Virus record (IMG/VR): IMGVR_UViG_3300024254_000010
Coordinates: 1-55,420 of that record
DNA from: a virus
Lineage: Duplodnaviria; Caudoviricetes
Strand: one strand, 5' to 3'
Length of the DNA stretch: 55,420 nucleotides
This document shows, in pieces, positions 19,127-26,620 of the stretch. The notes under the pieces were generated by a model. It ran no database searches and was not told where the DNA came from. It saw only the letters and a program-made list of their open reading frames with translations. Made by a program: the position numbers and the translations under genes. Positions within the stretch are counted from its first letter, which is position 1. Every line of letters begins with the position of its first letter.

Positions 19127-20527
19127 ATGATTCCAATCAATAAGATATTCCAAGCCCGTTGTGAGGATAAGATCACAAGCTTTCTTCCCCCTCCAAACGG
19201 TTGCGCTGGCGCAGTGCAAAAGAATCCTGACGGCACCATTCAAGCCGGATTCGAGCCTGCCCTAAATGCCCGTGGTAGAACCGTGAGGCTCCATGAGGCC
19301 GATCATCTGCGTTATCACACTCCTAAAGATCACAAGCGCCGTTTCATCACGGAAGCCCGTAAGGAAGGGATGACTGACGATAATATCTTCCAAACCTATA
19401 ACGCACTGGAAGACAGTTTCATCTCCACTGTGCCCGTTTGGGAAAAGCGCCCAATCTCTGTCCTACGCGACGCTGCCGCCACCGTTCTGCGCGAAGTGCG
19501 CAATGCTTACCGGCACGCTAAACCCATCCTGCAATCCAAGGACACCCCTCCGGCAATGCGCGATTACGTCAAGACTCACCTATTCAACGTGAGCTTACGG
19601 GCTATCTCACTGGCCAAACGACGGGCTTTTTCAACCACGCTCTGCGCAGAACGCGCAAGTCTTCTCCTGCGCCATTGCGCGTCTCTGTTAGATGTTTCAT
19701 TGGGCAATATCGCCCGCGATCTGCAGCATGGGCGCTTGGCCGATGCCCGTCACAAGGCAATCCAAGCCATGAAGCCGACCCCACTGCCCAAACTGGACTT
19801 GCCACAGCCCGATCTTCCCCCGTTTGACGAGTCCGATCCAGACTATGAGCAACAACCGGAAGATGATAGCCGTTATGGTTCTTCTGGCATCGCCTCTCAC
19901 ACTGGACCGGAAGTAAAGATCGTGCGCCCGCCTCTTACCTGTCCTTGCGACCTTGGTTTAGACGGAGATCCCTTGGAGTCCTACGGTTCTTCTGGTTATC
20001 GGCTACGCAGGTCTGCCCTTGTCCCCATCGGCATCGGCATCCCCTGTTCATCCCCATTCATTCGCACTAGCCAGCCCTCGCCCTCCGGTGTGGTTCTGCT
20101 CGACGCAAGCGGCAGCATGCACCTGTCCGCCGACATGCTGCGCCGGCTCTGCAAAGCATCCCCAGCCTCAACCGTGATCTATTACTCCGGGGATGACCAC
20201 GAAGGCAAGTGGGCAAGGATCGTGGTGTATGCCAAAGACGGCCGCAGGCTCGATGATTCCATTCCCCTCCCGGACGTACACACTGGCAACGTTTGCGACG
20301 AAATTGCCATCCGCTTCGCCCTCAAAGCCCGCGCCGATCAAGGTTCCAATGAACCCCTTATCTTCATCTCTGATCTCGGCTTCAACGGCAATACAGAGGA
20401 AAGTCATGCCCGCGCCCACGAAATTGTTACTCGCGGTGTCCAGGACGGGTCCATCGAAGTGATCGGTAACTCAGACGCTGCCCTCGCCCGGTTCGAGTTT
20501 AGTTGCTCTGACCCCCACGACAACTAA
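19127..20527 (+). CDS. vWA-domain protein with N-terminal HExxH motif (MoxR partner)
   Basis: LHEADH; MIDAS DASGS; IFISD; acidic/Pro linker. Confidence 0.82.
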   Translation: MIPINKIFQARCEDKITSFLPPPNGCAGAVQKNPDGTIQAGFEPALNARGRTVRLHEADHLRYHTPKDHKRRFITEARKEGMTDDNIFQTYNALEDSFISTVPVWEKRPISVLRDAAATVLREVRNAYRHAKPILQSKDTPPAMRDYVKTHLFNVSLRAISLAKRRAFSTTLCAERASLLLRHCASLLDVSLGNIARDLQHGRLADARHKAIQAMKPTPLPKLDLPQPDLPPFDESDPDYEQQPEDDSRYGSSGIASHTGPEVKIVRPPLTCPCDLGLDGDPLESYGSSGYRLRRSALVPIGIGIPCSSPFIRTSQPSPSGVVLLDASGSMHLSADMLRRLCKASPASTVIYYSGDDHEGKWARIVVYAKDGRRLDDSIPLPDVHTGNVCDEIAIRFALKARADQGSNEPLIFISDLGFNGNTEESHARAHEIVTRGVQDGSIEVIGNSDAALARFEFSCSDPHDN

Positions 20528-20558
20528 ACCATTGCGCATTCTGCGCAGCCCCTCACAC

Positions 20559-20586
20559 AGCCCGGGCCACAAACCCGGGCTTTTTT
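20559..20586 (+). terminator. Rho-independent terminator
   Basis: AGCCCGGG-ccacaaa-CCCGGGCT followed by a T-run. Confidence 0.8.
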
Positions 20587-20602
20587 GCTTTGCCTTGCGT
20601 AC

Positions 20603-20638
20603 AAAACAGAGGCCCCGATCCTATGCAGGAATCGGGGC
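20603..20638 (-). terminator. Probable terminator of the convergent gene
   Basis: GCCCCGAT...ATCGGGGC stem; T-rich tail on the - strand. Confidence 0.55.
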
Positions 20639-20660
20639 TGTTAAGCGGAAGCAATAACCC

Positions 20661-21050
20661 TTAGTTTTCCTCCCCAGGTTTGGCAAATGGCGCAACTGCA
20701 TACTTTGGATCGGCGCTGACTTTGAGCGTTGTGCGATGATCGGGTGTGGCCTTGGCAATGGCATCCAAAGCGATCTTGCGCGTTCGTTCCCATGCCTTGC
20801 CATCATTCTCATTGCGCTCCGGCATGTCCATGCGCCAGCGTTCGTGTAGTTCCACGTAATAGCGCAACGCCTCAAGCAGTTCAGGCGCAGCTGCAATCAA
20901 CCGGGCATTGGCTTGGGCGTTCTCGTCTTTGACTATGGCGAGATCGCTGTGTGCTGCCGCTCCATCAGCGTAAATGCCGAATTGCGGGCAATAGTCCGGC
21001 GTTGCGTGCTTGGATATGTTCCACGGTCCCGGTGTGTGTGTCGCTTTCAT
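20661..21050 (-). CDS. Conserved phage protein (HTPGPW / ANARLIAAAPELLEAL family)
   Basis: Both family motifs present. Confidence 0.8.
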   Translation of the reverse strand: MKATHTPGPWNISKHATPDYCPQFGIYADGAAAHSDLAIVKDENAQANARLIAAAPELLEALRYYVELHERWRMDMPERNENDGKAWERTRKIALDAIAKATPDHRTTLKVSADPKYAVAPFAKPGEEN

Positions 21051-21209
21051 CTTATTCCCTTTGGTTAGGTTTGTTTGTTTTTGTTTGTTCAACCGTCAGG
21101 CGCAACTAAAATCACAAACCCGCTTTGCTGCATAGTCCGTACTTATACCTAACCTCACTGGCATCATTCTTGCCTTGGCAGACCCCAATCGCGCATTTAT
21201 CTTCCGCTT

Positions 21210-21548
21210 GTGTCTACCGCGACCGCGCAACTAACGCCAACCACACCGCGCAAGCCATTGCCCAGACGCGGCCCCTCCCGCGACCGCAGACAAGCCGTTC
21301 TAATCCAACGCATCCTGACAGACACGATCCTGGACCCCAGCACGCCCGCGCAATCACGCGCTTCCTGTGCTGCCGCTTGGTCGCGAGTCCAGGAAGCCAA
21401 GCGCATCCTAGACGGTAAGCCATTGCCCGGCGCATTACGTCCTGAACTAGCCGCTCTGCGCGAGCTGCGCCGTGGCCGGCAATCCGCGCACAAGGCGTTG
21501 CTTGCGATCAACCCGGCCGACTTGCCGACTGGCAGCACTGGCACGTAA
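21210..21548 (+). CDS. Basic helical protein, possible terminase small subunit
   Basis: AWSRVQEAKRILDGKPLPG; TTGGCA-N17-TATCTT promoter just upstream (leaderless GTG); precedes non-coding hairpins. Confidence 0.4.
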   Translation: MSTATAQLTPTTPRKPLPRRGPSRDRRQAVLIQRILTDTILDPSTPAQSRASCAAAWSRVQEAKRILDGKPLPGALRPELAALRELRRGRQSAHKALLAINPADLPTGSTGT

Positions 21549-22003
21549 TCACACACGCGCACGCAAGGAATCTCTTTTCCTGGCCTAGACCGTCCCGGCA
21601 CCCCCGACCGCCAGGGGGCTTTTAGAGCGGGTCCTCTTTCTATAAGGGGCCCACCCCTCACACATGAGAGCCAGGTTGGACATAAGCCATAATGGTCATA
21701 AGGTGGTCATAAGGCTGCACAGGACACGCAGGGATAGTTTGTCCAAAGACCGCCATGCCCTTGTAGGAGGACCTACGGGATGGGTTTAACGAGTAAACTT
21801 GAGGGAGTCTCTAGGAGAGCTTGGTTCGGCGGCACCCCGGTTGGGCTGCTCTGGTCAACCGGCGTCTTGAGGCGGCGAAGATGCTTGGCCTATGGGACAG
21901 GAGCCGTCTCGCTCCTTCTACTCTTTAGGAATAGTTGGAAGCAGCGGCGGTATGTTTTTCTCGACCGGGTTTTACGACCCCGGCCTATTTGCTCAGTGAC
22001 ATC

Positions 22004-22225
22004 TCAAGGAACGCTCAAGGGCACTTCTGGCCGATGAGAAAGTGAATGGACGTTGGCCGGGTCGCGGGTTGGGTTACGATGGGCGCGGCGGCTTTGGCGG
22101 TCGGTATAATTGTCCATGAGCCGTCTGGCTTTCTTGCGGAGCTTGTGGGCCTCTGGGCCATTGATGGCCAGGATGCGGGATTCCCTGTTGGAGAAGCTTA
22201 AGATGCCGTTTCGGTCGATGAACAT
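22004..22225 (-). CDS. Small Arg-rich hypothetical protein
   Basis: ATG-start ORF between two structured non-coding blocks. Confidence 0.45.
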   Translation of the reverse strand: MFIDRNGILSFSNRESRILAINGPEAHKLRKKARRLMDNYTDRQSRRAHRNPTRDPANVHSLSHRPEVPLSVP

Positions 22226-22229
22226 GGCT

Positions 22230-22575
22230 TTAGTTAAGCAGGCAATCCCGAGGGCTCATGCGGCCACAGCCGCAACCCGAAGGTCTATCTCTTCTCTGAG
22301 CAAGACTCTCGTTGGATGTGTAAATGCCCATGTTATAACTCGGGGTTGCCTTAAAGTTAAAGTGGATAGGTTGGCTTGTGAGGTGTTTCATGCTCAAGTA
22401 CAGGGGGAGACCAAGGGTGAGGTCGGCGGTTCTCCCGCCGCACCATGCCTCCACAGAACCAACCTAAAGGGGAAAAGGGCGCCCCCGTGTTTAACCACGA
22501 GAGTTGTGAAGCACTGGCGGTGCTGAGGTGGTGCCCAAATCCAGTCCCAGCGGGGGCGTTATGTTGTAACCCATG
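22230..22575 (-). ncRNA. Candidate structured non-coding RNA (unassigned)
   Basis: Long-range stems 22240-22252/22339-22351 and 22367-22376/22457-22466, nested hairpins, cUUCGg tetraloop. Confidence 0.5.
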
Positions 22576-22596
22576 CTTCACGATGGTTTTTTAATC

Positions 22597-22800
22597 CTAG
22601 GCCACCGGGTCTGCAAGAACTTTTTTTGGAATTCCGTTAGCCTGCCATTCTCCGCACCAATCTCCCTGCCGGGTTTTGGCCCAGGATACGCTCTTAGTGG
22701 AGTTGGCTGGTGGAAAGCGGCGGCAGATGGCAACGGCATCATCTGAACCAATCTGGTCCCAGAACCGGCAGTTGCCACAGGATTGGCCCGGAGGATTCAT
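22597..22800 (-). CDS. Small Cys-motif phage protein
   Basis: CGNCRFW...CRRFPP...DWCGEW. Confidence 0.65.
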   Translation of the reverse strand: MNPPGQSCGNCRFWDQIGSDDAVAICRRFPPANSTKSVSWAKTRQGDWCGEWQANGIPKKVLADPVA

Positions 22801-23156
22801 CCTTTAATTAAGTGCTTGGCCCAGTGTTCTTGAATCAGCGGAGGCAGGGTCGGCAGATTCCAGAGCTTGCCATCCACGAAGATCACCAACTGGTATAAAT
22901 CAGGCCATTTATCGATATATTGCTCAATGAATTTCCACATTTCACCACTATCATCAGTGGCAAACTGGCGAATCACGACATCACCTAACGAACCTTCGGT
23001 GGGCCATTCGCAAGCCACCACGACATGAAACTTGGTCTGAGGAAAGGCCCGGGTTGGGATGGGATCAGCAATTGGGCCCTTTGCCAACACGGCTGGCAAC
23101 AGCGGGCCACCCGCGCAAAGCATGGCCGTGGCAGAGAGGAAGGCGCGACGTTTCAT
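22797..23156 (-). CDS. Protein with twin-arginine-like N-terminus
   Basis: MKRRAFLSATAMLCAGG. Confidence 0.6.
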   Translation of the reverse strand: MKRRAFLSATAMLCAGGPLLPAVLAKGPIADPIPTRAFPQTKFHVVVACEWPTEGSLGDVVIRQFATDDSGEMWKFIEQYIDKWPDLYQLVIFVDGKLWNLPTLPPLIQEHWAKHLIKG

Positions 23157-23326
23157 TTATGCACAGCCGGTCCGAAGACCTGCCAGCCCAACAGGCCGAT
23201 TAGGATAAAGATGATCAGGGAGAGGCCCAGCGGTTTGGCCTTATTGGCCTCGGGCGGCCAGTTGGTCCACACGCCGAAGATGAGGCTGATGATGTAGATG
23301 ACCCAGAATAATAGGCTGAGGTTCAT
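23153..23326 (-). CDS. 57-aa two-TM protein (missed by the track)
   Basis: MNLSLLFWVIYIISLIFGVW...LIIFILIGLLGWQVFGPAVHK; ATGA overlaps. Confidence 0.65.
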   Translation of the reverse strand: MNLSLLFWVIYIISLIFGVWTNWPPEANKAKPLGLSLIIFILIGLLGWQVFGPAVHK

Positions 23327-23610
23327 TGTCGGAGTAAATTGGTTATGGCGTTGGGAGTAAAGTAGTAAACATTGGTTGGCCCGGGCACCACATCAGGGAG
23401 AGGGAACTTGCGTTCCGCGATAACCGGCCCCTCAGCGGTCTCGATCACTATCGACTTTGCTTCGCCATTCCAGTGGATAATGGCTATCGTGTTGGTGACG
23501 ATACGGCCCTCCTGGACCTCTGAGGGTCGCCCAACATGGGGAGTGAAAGTTCCGATGGAATGCCAATTGGTTGAGAGCGTGACAATGATGGCCGCGACAA
23601 CGTTGGTCAT
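23323..23610 (-). CDS. TN-rich small hypothetical protein
   Basis: Operonic ORF with five TN dipeptides in 95 aa. Confidence 0.55.
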   Translation of the reverse strand: MTNVVAAIIVTLSTNWHSIGTFTPHVGRPSEVQEGRIVTNTIAIIHWNGEAKSIVIETAEGPVIAERKFPLPDVVPGPTNVYYFTPNAITNLLRQ

Positions 23611-23617
23611 AAGCCCT

Positions 23618-24124
23618 TCACTTGGGCAGTGGTGGAGCGGTGATGAATGGCGTCACGACTTTGCTGCGCATAAACATGAGCGGCTCGGTGGGGTATTGGA
23701 CCCAAGTCACCGCCACGGCCCCCGGGCCCGCCGAGGCCAACCGGATGCGCTGATTCCAGTCGATCAGGTCACGGCTTATCTCGATTACCCCCGGCACCGC
23801 GCTATTGATTGTGAGCGGAATGAGCCGCAGGTTCTGCACCGGGGCTGGCGCAGCGGGAACGTTGAGCGGCACAGCTTGAGCCGATTCGCCTATGGCATTA
23901 GTGGCCGTTACGGTGACGGTGTGCGGCTGGCTTGTGTTCCAGTTGGGGATGACGATGCCGTTAGTGTTCGAACTGCCAAGGAACACGCGGCTAGTCCCGA
24001 AGAGTTCGTAGAAACGGTAGCCGCTGGCCCCGCTGGAGGCATCCCAGACGAAGGTCAGATTGGTGGTCTGCCCAAAGGTGGGCAGGCAGAGCAGCAAGGG
24101 AACAAGGGTGATGAATTTCTTCAT
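23618..24124 (-). CDS. Secreted fibronectin type III-like protein
   Basis: Signal MKKFITLVPLLLCLPTFG; FVWDASSGASGYRFY...VTATNAIGES; C-terminal IEISRDLIDW. Confidence 0.75.
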   Translation of the reverse strand: MKKFITLVPLLLCLPTFGQTTNLTFVWDASSGASGYRFYELFGTSRVFLGSSNTNGIVIPNWNTSQPHTVTVTATNAIGESAQAVPLNVPAAPAPVQNLRLIPLTINSAVPGVIEISRDLIDWNQRIRLASAGPGAVAVTWVQYPTEPLMFMRSKVVTPFITAPPLPK

Positions 24125-24242
24125 GGCGCATTCTTGAGTGAGTCCCAGCGTTCCTGCAAGGCCCGAGATTCGGGGACATTGAGGTAAAGGGCGAAAATCC
24201 TCATGGCTTCTTCCATCATGTCCATTAGCTCGGCTTCCTTGT

Positions 24243-24527
24243 TCACTGCTTATAGTGATGGGTGTTGGTGCAGGTGGGCAGATGCAACAGGAAGAAGGGC
24301 TCGCTAACGGTGATGTACTGGCAGTCAAAGAGACTGACGATCTGGATCTGTCGGGGAAGGGTGGGCGCTTTGGGTGCCGCTACTGTTGGGGCTGGCGCAG
24401 GCTTGGAAAAGAACAGCGTGGTTGGGATGCCCAACGCAGCTCCGAGAATGGCCGACAGCGCGTATTTCATAATTGGATGCAATGGTGAAGGGGCGTTGGG
24501 AGTGGGTTCAGTAACTGGTTCGCTCAT
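24243..24527 (-). CDS. Membrane-anchored small protein
   Basis: One TM segment; DCQYI...HLPTCTN. Confidence 0.55.
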   Translation of the reverse strand: MSEPVTEPTPNAPSPLHPIMKYALSAILGAALGIPTTLFFSKPAPAPTVAAPKAPTLPRQIQIVSLFDCQYITVSEPFFLLHLPTCTNTHHYKQ

Positions 24528-24545
24528 GGTTGTGGTTTATGTGGA

Positions 24546-25340
24546 TTATGGCGGCAAAACGCCTTTTCGGGATACAATTCTGTACACTGCTCCATCCTCA
24601 AATACATCATAAAAGGCGTTAATCCCAGGATCTCCATCGATCTCCGGTAGGCGCACTTCCCAGTTGTGAAAGTCGCGTGAACGTTGGAAGGAATAAATGT
24701 GATTGGTCTTAGCCAGAAACGTCACCTGAAACAATCGGCAGTCACAGTTTGGATCCAATATAGATGCGGCATGGAGAACTAAGCCGGGGTCAGGTAAGGG
24801 CAAAATCGGGGCTGCGGTCATCTGGTGCATGGAGTTTAACTGAAGCGCAAGCTTAGCCTCTGAAACACTCGAAGGCGGCAACGGAGGCGTGCGCAATTTC
24901 TCCGCCGTCGCTGACAAAAGTTGAACTGCCGGAGAATAGGCGCAGGTTGGGCAGCGAATGGGGCCAAGATTTCGGATTCTGACTAACCACTCATCCATCC
25001 TGATCGGGCGAGGATAGGTCCAGTTGGTTCCGGTCTCGGTGTAATGCCAATTCCCAAAATCTCCACCCAGCCCAGCCCACTCATTTCCGCAGTGCGTCCA
25101 CGTTGCCCCGCCATCAATCGTGTATTCGGGTATCCAGATGTTGGTATTGTCGGGCACTTGCCAGTACGCAGCCCAGCCAAGATGTGGAATGCCGAGTGGA
25201 TTATTTGTTCCTGCGATTGTCGTTAGGCTCACTGTGGATGCAGCCAGTTGGGTTCCTGCTAGTCGCAGATTCTGCGGTGTGGCGGGAGGAGACTGGGCCA
25301 GAGCAGTAACACAGACTAGAAACGGGAGGCTTGCTTTCAT
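24546..25340 (-). CDS. Secreted protein with Verrucomicrobia-type C-terminal domain
   Basis: Signal MKASLPFLVCVTALAQ; C-terminal TNHIYSFQRSRDFHNW...AVYRI. Confidence 0.65.
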   Translation of the reverse strand: MKASLPFLVCVTALAQSPPATPQNLRLAGTQLAASTVSLTTIAGTNNPLGIPHLGWAAYWQVPDNTNIWIPEYTIDGGATWTHCGNEWAGLGGDFGNWHYTETGTNWTYPRPIRMDEWLVRIRNLGPIRCPTCAYSPAVQLLSATAEKLRTPPLPPSSVSEAKLALQLNSMHQMTAAPILPLPDPGLVLHAASILDPNCDCRLFQVTFLAKTNHIYSFQRSRDFHNWEVRLPEIDGDPGINAFYDVFEDGAVYRIVSRKGVLPP

Positions 25341-25504
25341 TTTCGGGGCCGTTTTCGTTGAGCTTCTTTCACTAAGCGGTGCATCTTGCGGTCGATGATA
25401 TGGAACCAGGACAGGCCGTCGTCAGTGCAGATGGTGTTTAACAATTCCTGCACAAGCTCGGCTGCGTGTTGCGTGATCAAGAGTTCGAGTTCCTTGGGCC
25501 TCAT
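25337..25504 (-). CDS. 55-aa hypothetical protein
   Basis: ATGA overlaps at both ends. Confidence 0.5.
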   Translation of the reverse strand: MRPKELELLITQHAAELVQELLNTICTDDGLSWFHIIDRKMHRLVKEAQRKRPRK

Positions 25505-25686
25505 GCCGCTGGCAGGCTGCTTAAAATCTGGTTAATCTTGCGCTTCTCGAATTCCGCATGGCACTGCCGAGCAAGAGCCTCGCCTGTCCAAAAGTCCAGG
25601 CCATAATCAGTCGGCCTGGGCTCATCGTGGCGCAAGCCACGCTTCCAATCCCAATAAGCGATGCAGAAACGTTCTTCGTTGCTCAT
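25501..25686 (-). CDS. Hypothetical protein
   Basis: AYWDWKRG...EPRPTDYGL; ATGA coupling. Confidence 0.55.
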   Translation of the reverse strand: MSNEERFCIAYWDWKRGLRHDEPRPTDYGLDFWTGEALARQCHAEFEKRKINQILSSLPAA

Positions 25687-25811
25687 AAAACTAGCATCCG
25701 AATAAACCACATGATCACGACCGCCAGGAAACTGGCGATGCCAAAGACCGTCCCGGCAAAGGCCAAGAGCCGCATATCACCGTAGGCACCGTTCCGACTA
25801 ATCGTCTTCAT
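25683..25811 (-). CDS. 42-aa single-TM peptide
   Basis: First ORF after the divergent promoter region; ATGA coupling. Confidence 0.4.
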   Translation of the reverse strand: MKTISRNGAYGDMRLLAFAGTVFGIASFLAVVIMWFIRMLVL

Positions 25812-25902
25812 TCTGGCAAAATGCCATAGTCCACGGCTTTTGCGCTAGTCCGTTTTATTACGGATAGACCCCTAGTCATTTTTCTGATTGGCTTGGGGAT
25901 GT

Positions 25903-26100
25903 ATGGCATTTAAGCCACCCAAAGTCGGTGATCCGGTGATTTATTGTGTCGATTCTCCGACGCTGGGCATTAGTCGAGAGCCAGTGAGGATAAGTCGCAT
26001 TACAAAGTCCGAGATTTTTGTGGCTTCCAAATGTGCTCGATTCACTCGCGATGGGAAAGTCATCGGTGGACGAGGCAACAAGTGGCTGGAACCATGTTGA
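25903..26100 (+). CDS. Small beta-rich hypothetical protein
   Basis: KVGDPV...VRISRITKSEI...RFTRDG. Confidence 0.55.
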   Translation: MAFKPPKVGDPVIYCVDSPTLGISREPVRISRITKSEIFVASKCARFTRDGKVIGGRGNKWLEPC

Positions 26101-26492
26101 GAAACGAAATCCTTCGGCGTTTTCCCAATGCCAGTAAAGCCACCATCGCCAGGAACATTGGTGCTGATAACCAAACACCCAGTCCCGAGCCTCAATGCGC
26201 TGTTTGCCATGACTCATTGGCAGAGACACCGCGAGAAAAAGGCAACCTTGACCGCGTTGTTGTCCGCATTGTCTCCTTCCGCACTCGCTTACTCGATGCC
26301 GACAACTTGGTGGGAGGATCGAAGTATTTTACGGACGGCTTACGATACGCTGGCCTCATATCAGGCGATGCAGAAGCGCAAATCCGTCTTGAAGTCAGCC
26401 AGCAAAAAGTTAAGTCCAAAGCAGAGGAACGCACCCAAATCGAAATCGAACCGCTCGACCAAACGCCAGATTCAGGACATGACTCGTGCTGA
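26094..26492 (+). CDS. RusA-like resolvase, catalytic C-terminal half
   Basis: RTRLLDADNLVGGSKYFTDGLRYAGLISGD (DxDN..K...D...D). Confidence 0.7.
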   Translation: MLRNEILRRFPNASKATIARNIGADNQTPSPEPQCAVCHDSLAETPREKGNLDRVVVRIVSFRTRLLDADNLVGGSKYFTDGLRYAGLISGDAEAQIRLEVSQQKVKSKAEERTQIEIEPLDQTPDSGHDSC

Positions 26493-26613
26493 ACTAATCG
26501 AGGCTTACTGGGACAGTTGCTTTGGTTCGTGGAATCGTTCTGCTTTCGACGCGCTCATGGAAACCCTTTCGGATTCGGACTTGCGCCAATACATTCAGAT
26601 GGGCACAACTTAA
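26128..26613 (+). CDS. Overlapping ORF carrying the RusA-like N-terminal motif
   Basis: PVPSLNALFAMTHWQRHREKK; stop lies 7 nt before the next ATG. Confidence 0.6.
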   Translation: MPVKPPSPGTLVLITKHPVPSLNALFAMTHWQRHREKKATLTALLSALSPSALAYSMPTTWWEDRSILRTAYDTLASYQAMQKRKSVLKSASKKLSPKQRNAPKSKSNRSTKRQIQDMTRAELIEAYWDSCFGSWNRSAFDALMETLSDSDLRQYIQMGTT

Positions 26614-26620
26614 CTCCGCA

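Noticed and set aside
22367-22466. Hammerhead ribozyme (GAAAC present on the - strand)
   Set aside because: No CUGANGA core found
23372-24187. 271-aa + strand ORF and similar long antisense ORFs genome-wide
   Set aside because: Opposite coupled, motif-bearing genes; expected in GC-rich DNA
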